Below, one piece after another: positions 6,701-15,100 of a stretch of 32,000 nucleotides of DNA. Under the pieces are notes generated by a model that worked only from the letters and a program-made list of their open reading frames with translations, ran no database searches and had not been told where the DNA came from. This stretch comes from Moraxella nasovis (lineage in GTDB: Bacteria; Pseudomonadota; Gammaproteobacteria; Pseudomonadales; Moraxellaceae), in assembly GCF_022701215.1 (NCBI RefSeq), contig NZ_CP089976.1, positions 840,001 through 872,000 on the forward strand, read 5' to 3'. Position 1 is the stretch's first letter. Each line of letters opens with the position of its first letter. Made by a program: the position numbers and the translations under genes.

Positions 6701-8636
6701 TGCTCCACACATCGCCAATATTCACTTTATCGCTAAGCAGTAGCTCATTGCCGTTTATGCTTTCAACGCTTAATGTGCGACCGCCTACGATGATGCTATC
6801 TTGGTCTTTGGGGGTGCGGTCTAGTACGACATGGCGTGTCTTGGTGGCGGTTAGGGTAACTTGATTGATGGTGCGTTCTTGGCGTGTGCTTGTGCGATAA
6901 ATATACAAATGACTGTTGCCACTTTTCCCCACGTTCCACGTCATCACAGCACGAGCTGTGCCATCTACCACGTTTATGCGACCAATCTCGTTTGCCGCCG
7001 CTGACTCTGAATTATAAATCAGATATTCACCATCGGTGGCACTAAGGCTGATGGTAACTTTATCGCCATCATTAAAAGCTTGCTTTAATGCCAAGCCCAC
7101 AATCAGATGATTAGATGTGGTGGTAGGGGTCATGCTTTCAACCAAATTAGCCGACCCCACAATCCGCCCACTAAGACCAGCGCGGCGGTTATCGGTAATA
7201 CTAATCACATCGCCCACTTTTGGGATAAAGCCGTCAAGCCCTACGCTAAAGCTTACCGTTTGTGTTTGCATCTGCTCGGATAATAACGCCCAGCGTCCTG
7301 CTCTGATGGCTTGGGTGCGACTGGTACAGCCAAAGGCGTTAATCTTAACGATACGTATGCCGTATTTGGCTATCGCTTGTTCATCTTTAACGTGAACATA
7401 ATCGGTCTTAAAGTCATTGTCAGGGTCATCATAAGCAATTTGGGCGATGGTGTGGCGGTCTCTTGCTCGTGTGCCTGTATAAACAAACTCGCCATTGACC
7501 ACGTTTGCCGTATTAAAATGATAACTCGGCTCTTTTGGCGTGTCAGCGTCAAAGACGATTTTTTCGCCGTCCCAAAAGCTCATCGCACGAAAGATAGATG
7601 ATAGGTTTTGTAAAACGCTAAACGCATTTTGGGCTTGCTGAATATACACATTGACACGAAAACGTGGTTCACGTCCGCCACGCCCATCGTCCACCAGCTC
7701 ATCGCAGTACTGGGCTAATTGGTACAAGCTCCATTTATCTACTTTGCCATCTAGCCGATTGCCCAGCCCATATCGTGTATGCGTGCAGATGTCGTATAGC
7801 ACCCATGCAGGGTTATCAGAATACGCCATCTTAAATCTGCCGTCCCAAAGCCCTGTATAAATGCGTGTTACAGGGTCATAATTGGTAGGTACTTGGATAA
7901 TCATGCCACGCATACGCACCGATAATTTGGCAATATTACCAAAGGTATTTGCGTCATATTTTAGGGCAAGTAGGGCGGTGCAAGGATAGCGTAATTTTGC
8001 GTCCACAACTTCGGTCAAAGCGATAATGCGCATTTTATCGCCGATAAGCTCGCTGTTTTGGTTGGGCGTTTTTCTACGAACTCGGATTGTCCAATGGTTT
8101 TTAGCTTTTGGCAGGTTGATTCTATGGCTTTTTTGATAGCCTTGCGACGCTTTTTCGTCAATAAAGGTATCTAATACGGTCAAATACGCCCCGTTATCAG
8201 TTTGTAAATCAATGGCATAATCAATGCGATAAGCCCCCACATCGCCATTGTCATGCGTTTTGTATAAGCCATTAAAGCCAATGCGAACCACCACAGCAGA
8301 CAGCTGGGTATTGGTAATCTCTTTGACAAAATGACGTGAACTATTTAGCTCAACGCCCACGCCAATCTCGTTTTCAACCGCATTAAAGCCGTCAATGTGT
8401 GTTTGGTCCAATGTACCAGCACGATACGACCATTCCACGCCATCAAAGTTAGGCTCGCCATTGTCATTGATGATAGGCGTGCCATCTAATTTAATAGATT
8501 TACCGCCATCAACAAGCCCTGCCACTTCACCTTCTGATAGCCCATACATCGCTTGTAATACGGTTGTGCTTTGGGCGGTGTCTTTGGCGATGTTTGGCTT
8601 GGCGTCTTTTTTTTTCTTAGCACCTTGAATTTGCAT
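3723..8636 (-). CDS. Tail tip / host-specificity protein, lambda gpJ-like (1637 aa) with FN3 domains, two inserted paralogous modules and a coiled-coil / C-terminal receptor-binding region
   Basis: Position after the gpI homologue and size. J-like core segments (YDICTHTRYGLG, VGDVISITDNRRAG, RFGINADQFYLG). Start chosen at the ATG at 8636, just after the gpI stop; an alternative upstream ATG at 8687 overlaps gpI. Confidence 0.9.
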   Translation of the reverse strand: MQIQGAKKKKDAKPNIAKDTAQSTTVLQAMYGLSEGEVAGLVDGGKSIKLDGTPIINDNGEPNFDGVEWSYRAGTLDQTHIDGFNAVENEIGVGVELNSSRHFVKEITNTQLSAVVVRIGFNGLYKTHDNGDVGAYRIDYAIDLQTDNGAYLTVLDTFIDEKASQGYQKSHRINLPKAKNHWTIRVRRKTPNQNSELIGDKMRIIALTEVVDAKLRYPCTALLALKYDANTFGNIAKLSVRMRGMIIQVPTNYDPVTRIYTGLWDGRFKMAYSDNPAWVLYDICTHTRYGLGNRLDGKVDKWSLYQLAQYCDELVDDGRGGREPRFRVNVYIQQAQNAFSVLQNLSSIFRAMSFWDGEKIVFDADTPKEPSYHFNTANVVNGEFVYTGTRARDRHTIAQIAYDDPDNDFKTDYVHVKDEQAIAKYGIRIVKINAFGCTSRTQAIRAGRWALLSEQMQTQTVSFSVGLDGFIPKVGDVISITDNRRAGLSGRIVGSANLVESMTPTTTSNHLIVGLALKQAFNDGDKVTISLSATDGEYLIYNSESAAANEIGRINVVDGTARAVMTWNVGKSGNSHLYIYRTSTRQERTINQVTLTATKTRHVVLDRTPKDQDSIIVGGRTLSVESINGNELLLSDKVNIGDVWSMGGADNYRILHMTHNDDHTFSITALQYEIAKFSVAEHGYTIPPKPVKVHEQVLTAPSSVNISQFNYTHQGLNQIKITIDYSQVLAADYYVVEYNKDGTGWKLLGETTATSIDIDNAVAGEYLARVKAVDGFGNSSRYTLSHQTTITDKTAPPKPLSSFSGKGILFGIDLSWQYSDDTDIAFAEIEVSDDKQTTSILGQYAYPTNTANITGLQGNLTRHYRARSVDKLGNVSTWSEWQTITTSADTSQILSLLSDDITGDMLDNALRGKINTAYDKSGQNETNLATEIQNRTAAINQEIQNRTQAINAKTGEVRGLLNGLQTGLTQRIDDVSDANRQTLSELNGYKTANDRAVAGVVQQVNAISDNTQAASSRLDGLQSRFDGVLNSKNLLQNTTNSTTDQFLVASYPIVKNIATGQKVLVSITTDPQSELLVYNSSAAGANSIGRITANGTPQQLTWNAGISGNNALHFYRTNIRDTSRISVSNASLKVIDGAIDDVSADLTEFKQTQTTATQALSEKTERLRADLGSKASASALNNYYTKAQTDNVVSGQVRQFNSRLNGKADSSVVSSLSSTVSQQGRDITSQGQQLTQLNQNLGNKANASALNSLTSTVTQQGGTIRATSEKVRQLETNVNGYSTKIRNVEQSIDGVSAIKAVTVDNNGVISGYGLISELKNGRVTSRFGINADQFYLGNPNDGKKPFTVLTHPQTINGITVPAGMYMQGDVIISGGTININDKFIVDAQGNLTAKSGVFGGIVKAERLQGKIGINQLDETVLFPHYKVYYANRVLTQADINQPNKFGAFDEQAKAQLADKERLLKEKNQTLFSLLGWDFNVDKILSEKSEKNDLIINLSREIRELEEQIRQFKQESSKFAKIFDYEYSHVLPSLGGLQHVTSQRDGSQTPATMYEMKVTVERATQVSQKLVYADDTLFCYVDETLQFQHSGRERKIVNLQLPAGEHTIRLIVNNWGGESSITLLGDFIDHQNIKFKYF

Positions 8637-8640
8637 GATT

Positions 8641-9297
8641 TTACCCTTTACCTTTAAATGCTTTTTTAATAAGGTCAGTAGCTGCATTGTGTAACGTTGT
8701 CATAACGACCCCTTGTATCATTTTATCTTGGGCATATACAGACGCAGATATTACAAATCCACCAATCTCACGCTCGCCATAAAGGATGGGTACAGGATTG
8801 CCTTGTGCTACTGTGGTAACCGCTGCCCCAAAGCCGTTATTGGCTTTATTACCGTCAGGGTCATCAGGTTCATGTTTTGGCGTGGGCATAAGTAGGCTTG
8901 AGACACCGCCCATCAAAAGCCCTGCACCAACACCGATTAAGGCAGATGACGCCCCTGCCGTAATAGTGCTGGAAAATACGCCAACACCAATCATCGCAAT
9001 CCCTGCCACGGTCTGTAAAATACCGCCAACCTTACCGCCAGCCCCTTCAATTTGTGGCACGATATGAATGTCAGATTTGGCGGTTTGGTTATGGATTTGA
9101 GTTTCACCAATGTTGTTTTTTAATACCTTATCGCCTAAAAATACGGCTAAATTTACGCCACGTTGTGCCATAAATGCTTTAAAGGCAGGTATTTGACACG
9201 CTAGGGCGTGCGTTGCCTCAAAAGCGGTCTTAACATCTAGCACAAAGGGCGTGCCGAATTTTTTAGCTAAAATGCCGTAAAAGTGGATGGTTTTCAT
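8641..9297 (-). CDS. Tail assembly protein, lambda gpI-like
   Basis: N-terminus MKTIHFYGILAKKFG.., Gly-rich hydrophobic middle and C-terminal GNPVPILYGE. Lies between the K and J homologues. Confidence 0.85.
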   Translation of the reverse strand: MKTIHFYGILAKKFGTPFVLDVKTAFEATHALACQIPAFKAFMAQRGVNLAVFLGDKVLKNNIGETQIHNQTAKSDIHIVPQIEGAGGKVGGILQTVAGIAMIGVGVFSSTITAGASSALIGVGAGLLMGGVSSLLMPTPKHEPDDPDGNKANNGFGAAVTTVAQGNPVPILYGEREIGGFVISASVYAQDKMIQGVVMTTLHNAATDLIKKAFKGKG

Positions 9298-9298
9298 T

Positions 9299-9326
9299 TG
9301 ACAGTACCTAAAATTATTGTATAATG
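9299..9326 (+). promoter_or_regulatory. Near-consensus sigma70 promoter of higBA, abutting the gpI start codon
   Basis: TTGACA (9299-9304), 16-nt spacer, TATAAT (9321-9326). Confidence 0.65.
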
Positions 9327-9353
9327 TATCTATACGCTATATGGATAATGTTT

Positions 9354-9635
9354 ATGATTGTGTCGTTTGCTCACAAAGGCTTAGAAAACTTTTTTACCAC
9401 AGGTAGTACCAAAGGCATTCAAGCTAAGCATAAAAACAAACTTGCCATACAATTAAACGCCCTAGATACCGCCAAAAGCCCCCTTGATATGAATACCGCA
9501 AATTGGCGTTTGCACCCTTTAAAAGGCAATTTGGCAGGGTATTGGGCAATAAATGTGAGTGGCAACTGGCGTTTAACTTTTCGCTTTAATGACGATGGCA
9601 ATGCCGAAATTGTAGATTACCAAGACTATCACTAA
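9354..9635 (+). CDS. higB: HigB-family toxin (RelE/ParE superfamily, plasmid maintenance system killer type)
   Basis: MIVSFAHKGLENFFTTGSTKGIQ...WAINVSGNWRLTFRF..G.A..VDYQDYH is the typical HigB pattern. Start moved to the ATG at 9354. Confidence 0.85.
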   Translation: MIVSFAHKGLENFFTTGSTKGIQAKHKNKLAIQLNALDTAKSPLDMNTANWRLHPLKGNLAGYWAINVSGNWRLTFRFNDDGNAEIVDYQDYH

Positions 9636-9645
9636 GGAGACTTTT

Positions 9646-9945
9646 ATGAGAATGCACAACCCCCCACACGCAGGGCTTGTTTTGCGTGAATATATAGACG
9701 GTCATAGCGTAACCGAAGTTGCCGAACGCCTAGGCATTACTCGTGCTAATCTTAGCCGTATTTTAAATGGCAGACAAAGCATCACCGCTGAGATGAGTGT
9801 TCGGTTGCATTATCTACTAGGAACAAATCCTAACTTTTGGCTGGATATGCAAAAAAAATACGACCTATGGCAAGCCGAGCATAACTCAAACATTGACTAT
9901 TCAGCAATCAAGCCTATTACTAGACCGCAAATTGCTTATGTCTAA
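9646..9945 (+). CDS. higA: HigA-family antitoxin (XRE HTH)
   Basis: HPGLVL-like N-terminus (HAGLVLREY), HTH VTEVAERLGITRANLSRILNGR, and the FWL.MQ..YDLW motif. GGAG SD. Confidence 0.88.
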   Translation: MRMHNPPHAGLVLREYIDGHSVTEVAERLGITRANLSRILNGRQSITAEMSVRLHYLLGTNPNFWLDMQKKYDLWQAEHNSNIDYSAIKPITRPQIAYV

Positions 9946-10687
9946 CCACCAACGCCGTCCGCTTACGCCATGTCTCGCCATACAGCTCACGCACCGACAG
10001 CGTGCCGTAGGGGTGATGTAGCACTAAGCCTGTCATGGGCGTAGGCGGTGTTTTTTCGCTCGTAAGCTTGCCATCATCAAGATAGATTAAAGCGTGGTTA
10101 ATGTGGTGCGTACGTCCGACATAGCAAAGTATCACGTCATGCTTTTGTAGCTCGTCTATCTCAATTTGTACAAAACCTGCTTTTTTAAAGTTATCTTGAT
10201 AAAGCGGTTTATGGTCTTGATTTTCCCACCATGCGTCTGTGCGGTCAAAATCAGGTAACGTTATGCCTAATTCACGCTCATAATAATCACGCACAAGGCT
10301 ATAACAATCTTGCACGCCGTGGTGATATTCACGCCCTAATAAGGGGGCGGTGTAGGCTTTTGGTTTATGGCTTTTGATATAAAACTGATTATCAGAACTA
10401 ATCGCACAAATTAGCCAGTCGGTGTCATGTACTGCCATCTGCACACGGTCAAGCTCGCTAGGCAGTACATCGCCATCAGGGTGGCTGTGGACGATGGCTT
10501 GTATCTCGCCCAAGCTTGAATACTTGATAAAGTCTTTTGGGCTAATGATAAAGGTGTCATTAGGGTTATCCGCCACGTTGTCGCATGGGTAATACTCACC
10601 GTTTATCACAAGACCGCAGCACTCTTTGGGGTACTCTGCCTTAGCGTGGTGTTCAATGGCTAGTTTTAGTTTTTTGGTGATTCTCAT
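9920..10687 (-). CDS. Tail tip assembly protein, lambda gpK-like (JAB/MPN + NlpC/P60 domains)
   Basis: ECCG...HSHPDGDVLPSELD (JAMM motif) followed by GVQDCYSLVRDYY...H (NlpC/P60). Confidence 0.9.
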   Translation of the reverse strand: MRITKKLKLAIEHHAKAEYPKECCGLVINGEYYPCDNVADNPNDTFIISPKDFIKYSSLGEIQAIVHSHPDGDVLPSELDRVQMAVHDTDWLICAISSDNQFYIKSHKPKAYTAPLLGREYHHGVQDCYSLVRDYYERELGITLPDFDRTDAWWENQDHKPLYQDNFKKAGFVQIEIDELQKHDVILCYVGRTHHINHALIYLDDGKLTSEKTPPTPMTGLVLHHPYGTLSVRELYGETWRKRTALVVRHKQFAV

Positions 10688-11343
10688 ATTAACCCTGCCG
10701 CCACAAATCCGCCAAAGCTGTCTTCATTGCCACGAAGTTTACAATCGCTCATTAAGCCCCCACATTTGTCTTGTTCTAAGTTATCCACAGGATTGCCTTG
10801 TTTATCAAACATCAATGCCCCTGTGTAACCGCATTCTTCACCCCGATAGCGGTTGCACATCTCCCAATGGCAATAGTTTGTGATATTTCTAACAGGGATT
10901 TTTTGACCTTCAAAGTCAATCGGGTTAGATAATTCAAACTCAACCACGCCATGCGTTGGGTTTTCGTTTGTCTTTTGTTCTATTTCCCAAATTTGTTTTT
11001 TGTAGTTGTGGGCGTCATCAAGATACTTGGAAAGGGTGTGATAGACGCTAAGCCTTGCCCCTGCAAAATCATGATACACCCTACATAAGGCACTAATCGC
11101 CCCTTGTACGCCATCTAAGTTATCAGCGACTATAAGCTTTGGCATACTTGCTGTGCCATCGCCGCGCATTTCTAGCCCATCAGCACGAATGGCAATGGGG
11201 TGGTAGTCTTCCCCTAGAAAATTAATCACGCCACTATGCCCATGAAAGCGATAAATGCCAGCCCCTAGGGGCGTGGCATCTAATTCATACAAGGTAACTA
11301 GCCCTGTAATTTCACGGCTCTTTATGTCATCGTTAAAGCTCAT
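10684..11343 (-). CDS. Minor tail protein, lambda gpL-like
   Basis: LYELD...YRFH N-terminal pattern and a C-terminal Cys cluster (CHWEMC...CGY...C...C) like the gpL Fe-S site. ATGA overlap with K. Confidence 0.88.
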   Translation of the reverse strand: MSFNDDIKSREITGLVTLYELDATPLGAGIYRFHGHSGVINFLGEDYHPIAIRADGLEMRGDGTASMPKLIVADNLDGVQGAISALCRVYHDFAGARLSVYHTLSKYLDDAHNYKKQIWEIEQKTNENPTHGVVEFELSNPIDFEGQKIPVRNITNYCHWEMCNRYRGEECGYTGALMFDKQGNPVDNLEQDKCGGLMSDCKLRGNEDSFGGFVAAGLI

Positions 11344-11348
11344 TGTGC

Positions 11349-11750
11349 TTACTCATCAGTTGCCTGTGCGTCAGTTACTTGCTCGTCAGTTGTCTGCTCG
11401 TCGGTTTCCTGTGCGTCTTGTTCATCAGTTGCCAACTCATCAGCTTGTGGCTCTTTGGTAACCATCTCAATAAAATATTGATTGTCTTTATATTCTAGTG
11501 CAAGCTTATCTACAATCAAACCATAATAACCAAAGCTGGTAATCTGATTATCAGCAAACTTAATTAGCTCAATATCAATTCTTGACGCACGACCTTTTTT
11601 GCTTGTTTTATCGGTAGAGACGCTAAAATCATCAGTAGTAGCATCATAGCTGATAGCTGCCTTACTAATGCCGTGATTTTTGGTTAAGTCTTCTATCTTG
11701 TAGCCAAAGCCTGTTAAGACGTTAAGCTCATCTGCGGTAATTTGTTTCAT
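11349..11750 (-). CDS. Hypothetical protein with a highly acidic repetitive C-terminal tail (TDEQ-type repeats), inserted between gpM and gpL
   Basis: AAGGAG SD. C-terminus EPQADELATDEQDAQETDEQTTDEQVTDAQATDE. No counterpart in the lambda M-L junction. Confidence 0.6.
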   Translation of the reverse strand: MKQITADELNVLTGFGYKIEDLTKNHGISKAAISYDATTDDFSVSTDKTSKKGRASRIDIELIKFADNQITSFGYYGLIVDKLALEYKDNQYFIEMVTKEPQADELATDEQDAQETDEQTTDEQVTDAQATDE

Positions 11751-11783
11751 GGTTGCTCCTTAAATAGCACCTTAAAAGGTGGT

Positions 11784-11812
11784 AAAAATAAAACCCATTG
11801 ATTATCAATGGG
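11784..11812 (-). terminator. Intrinsic terminator downstream of gpM
   Basis: Minus strand CCCATTGA-TAA-TCAATGGG followed by TTTTATTTTT. Confidence 0.6.
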
Positions 11813-11834
11813 CTTAAGTTTAAGTTAAGTGTTA

Positions 11835-12167
11835 CTAAAAAACACGCCTAATATTAAATGATAATTGCCAAACATCACCACCGATATTGCTTCGGCTTAT
11901 TTCACCGTCAAGCCTTACCGTGATGACAGGCTCACTAGGCACAGGCTGTATTGTAAAAGCATGAACGCCCTTTGTGCGTATCAAAAAGCCATAAGCGTTG
12001 TCTATTTGGCTTTTGGTATCTTGTAGTTTACAGCTCCATTTTTCATCAATGGTGTTAATGCCTTGGCTAAATACTTGTTCATAGCCATCACCAAATTTAA
12101 TGACGCTTGCCTTTGGGGTCGTGGTATGCACGCTATCAATCAGTAACCGATAATCAAAGTGTTCCAT
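11835..12167 (-). CDS. Minor tail protein, lambda gpM-like (110 aa)
   Basis: KFGDGYEQ motif and size. Start at the ATG at 12167, overlapping the tape-measure stop. The longer ORF-track start lies inside the tape-measure gene. Confidence 0.85.
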   Translation of the reverse strand: MEHFDYRLLIDSVHTTTPKASVIKFGDGYEQVFSQGINTIDEKWSCKLQDTKSQIDNAYGFLIRTKGVHAFTIQPVPSEPVITVRLDGEISRSNIGGDVWQLSFNIRRVF

Positions 12168-15100
12168 GTAATAATCCCCCTTGACGACGCTGTTTTTGTA
12201 GCTCAGTTTGCACGGCAAGCTTAATAGCATTGCCAAAGCCTTTGCCTAGCTCGTGCGATGTTTTTGTATCTGATGTGCCATCGCTGTTTACGGTAACATT
12301 GACGTTTACCACCGTACCACCGCCTTGCAGATTATTTAAGGTTCTATCCAAATTTTGAGCGGTGTGCTTAGGTAGCACTCGCTCGCCTTTTTCTAGATTC
12401 CACGTACCAGACTTCGGCACAGACATAATGCCGTCATGGGCTTGCCCTACTGGGGCTGATATGGCGTTTAGTGCCGCAACCAACGCTCCACTTTTAGCCG
12501 CTGCTACCGCGACCGCCCCTAAGTTAGCAGGAAATGGGGCAGACGCCCACGCTTGTGCTAATGTGGTTTGGTTTGCCACCAAAATACGCTTTAACGCCAT
12601 CGCTTTTTCAAAAGCAAATAACGCTTTATAAGCACGAGACCCTTCGCCAAACATCGCCTTAGCAGCACCTGTTATCGTGCCTAATAGTGATTGTTCGCTA
12701 CGTTCTTTGATTTGTTGTCGCGCCATTTCGTATTGCTGCATTTGTTCTAGGCGTGCTTGTTGTGCTTCGTATTCTGTGATGGTTTTAGCGTCCTCTTGTG
12801 CTTTGATTTTGTCAAGCTCAGCTTGGTGCTTTTCATCAAGCTGTTTTGATACGCTATAATTATCAAAGACGCTTGTAGCAATGTTAGCAATACCGCCTAT
12901 TGTGCTATTTGGTGCACCTAACGCCCCTTTAAGCTTATCAATCGTACCTTGATAAACGTTGGTGTTATTAGCTAATGCATCTTGAATGGCTTGTTGTGAT
13001 TGTACAAAATCAGCAAAGGCGTCCGCTTGCTTAGTTGCCATAACAATGCTATCTACTTGTGCATCAGTATAGCCTTTAAGCTTACTATCCCATTTTAAGC
13101 TTGCATACTTATCTGTGATATTCGCTAAGATATATTGGTTTTTGCTAAGCTCGCTATTGATTTTGGCAACTTCTTGGCTAACCGTATCATTAAGCTTATG
13201 CTCATCTAGTGCTTTTGATGTGTTGATGATGTTTTGCTTAATCTCATCTGATACGTCTTTGTATTCTTCTAGGGTATCTAATTCAAATTGCAACAGTTGC
13301 CATTTGTCCATGCCAACTTTTTTGATGGCATTTTCAAGCTCAATAACACGATTTAAGGCGTTTTGGCGTCTTTCATCAGCTTTGGCATTTTTTTGTATCT
13401 GCTCGTATTCTTGAGTAAGTTTACTAAGCTTAGTTGTATCAGCATTGCCGTATTTACCTGCTTTGATGTCGTATTGTAAGGCGTCAACACGGCTATCATT
13501 GCCAAATAGGGCTATCTCACGCTGTATGCTATCCACCGCGTCAGCCACCGCTTTTTTGGCGTCTTCTGCCATTTTTTGGGCAGCTTTAGCAGCTTTACTC
13601 GCATTATTACGAATGCCTAAGGCAAAACCATCAGCGGTATGCTTGCCTAGTGCTTTCATCACACGAGACGGTGAACGAATAATAAGTGTAGATTTTACGC
13701 TTGTAACGACAGAATCTGCTAAGTTTTTAGCCGTGCTTATTGCTGTATTAAACTTTTCTTTTATGCCGTTAATAAAGCCTTGGATAGCGTCACGTCCAGC
13801 TTGTAGTAGCTTACTACCCAGCCCCAAAAACGCTGTTGCAATGTTACCTAGCATGGTTTGGATGATGGCATAGGCGTTTTTTAAGCCATCAAAGATTGCT
13901 TTTTTTACGCCGTCCATATCACCTTGCACCAACGCCTTGATGACGTTAAAGGCGGTGGTAAAGGCGTTTTTAATGCTGTTAAATCCTGCGTTAAAAATAC
14001 TGGCAAAGACGGTAAGTCCTGCGGTGAATACGGCTTTTATGCCATTCATCGCCGCCGATACCACCGCTTTAATACCATTCCAAATGCTTTGTGTGATAGC
14101 TACCAAGACATTCCACGCACTTGAAAAAAAGCTGGCAATGCTTGTTATGACAGGCTTAATTGCATTGATTGTGCTTGCCACCGCCAATTTGACATTATGC
14201 CACACATCAGCTGCAATGGACACAATGCTTTGCCATGCACCTGCCACCGCTGATTTTAGCCCTTGCCAGATGCCGACCACTGCCACAAATACCGCCTGAG
14301 CTACAGTAGTGATGCCTGACCAAATGGCACTTGCAAGCGTTGCAATACCGCTAAATATACTAATGACATTGGTAACCATCTCCTGTACAGGGGCTGGCAT
14401 ACCAGACAGCCAAGCAAAAAATACCTGCTTAATCTCATCGATTTTGGTGGTGATTGCCTTTTTAATCGTGTCCCACACACCACCAATGACAGCACCCACA
14501 TCGGCGAAAGCCGACTGAATACCATGCCAAGCGTTAGACGCCATCTGTGGTAGGGCATTCCATAGCTCCACCGCCTTTGCCTTGACGGTGTCCCAATTTT
14601 TATACAGTGCCACACCTGCTGCCACCAATGCACCGATAGCAAGCACCGCTATCCCAATGGGGCTTGTGATAAATGCTAATGCCCCTGCAAAGGCGGTGGT
14701 AACAGACGCTGATAAAGCCACGATACCGTTATAAATACCAAGTGCGAAATTCCACGCTTTAAAAGCAGCTGCTGCACTTGCCACCCCTGCTGCAATGGGC
14801 GTTAAATACGGCTCTAATTCAATGATTTTAGCTACGACATCACCGACGATAGGCATGATGACATCAAAAGCTTGCTTTAATAAATCCCATGCGTCGCTAA
14901 GTAGCTGTGTACCTGTTTGCACGACTGTTAGCACCGATGGCATAGCCAAAAACTCTTTGACTGTTTCAGTAATTTTAGGGATTAATTGTGCAATTGATAT
15001 AACGATTTTAGCTAAAGTATCTGTAATGCCTGTTTGATTGACAAAAGTTTCAACCATCACCCCCCATTCATTTTCAACCACTTGCCGTGCTTGGGCAATG

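Noticed and set aside
3767-8628. Short ORFs on both strands within gpJ (e.g. 3767-3961, 4399-4587, 7117-7601, 8395-8628)
   Set aside because: They lie entirely inside the 4.9-kb J reading frame, which has continuous family-specific motifs. They show no start signals.
755-8636. A diversity-generating retroelement or invertible (shufflon-type) tail-fibre variation system
   Set aside because: No reverse transcriptase, no template/variable repeat pair with adenine-specific differences, and no invertase or crossover repeats are visible. The two similar modules in J are far too diverged (about 35-40 percent identity).
8637-8687. 17-codon N-terminal extension of gpJ overlapping gpI
   Set aside because: The ATG at 8636, directly after the gpI stop, gives the usual non-overlapping I-J junction. 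The extension is the alternative reading of the gpI 3' end. It is retained only as a possible alternative start.
9324-9353. N-terminal extension of HigB (MYLYAIWIMF) from the ORF track
   Set aside because: The extension overlaps the -10 hexamer of the promoter and so would not be on the transcript. HigB homologues begin at the MIVSFAHKGL-type sequence.
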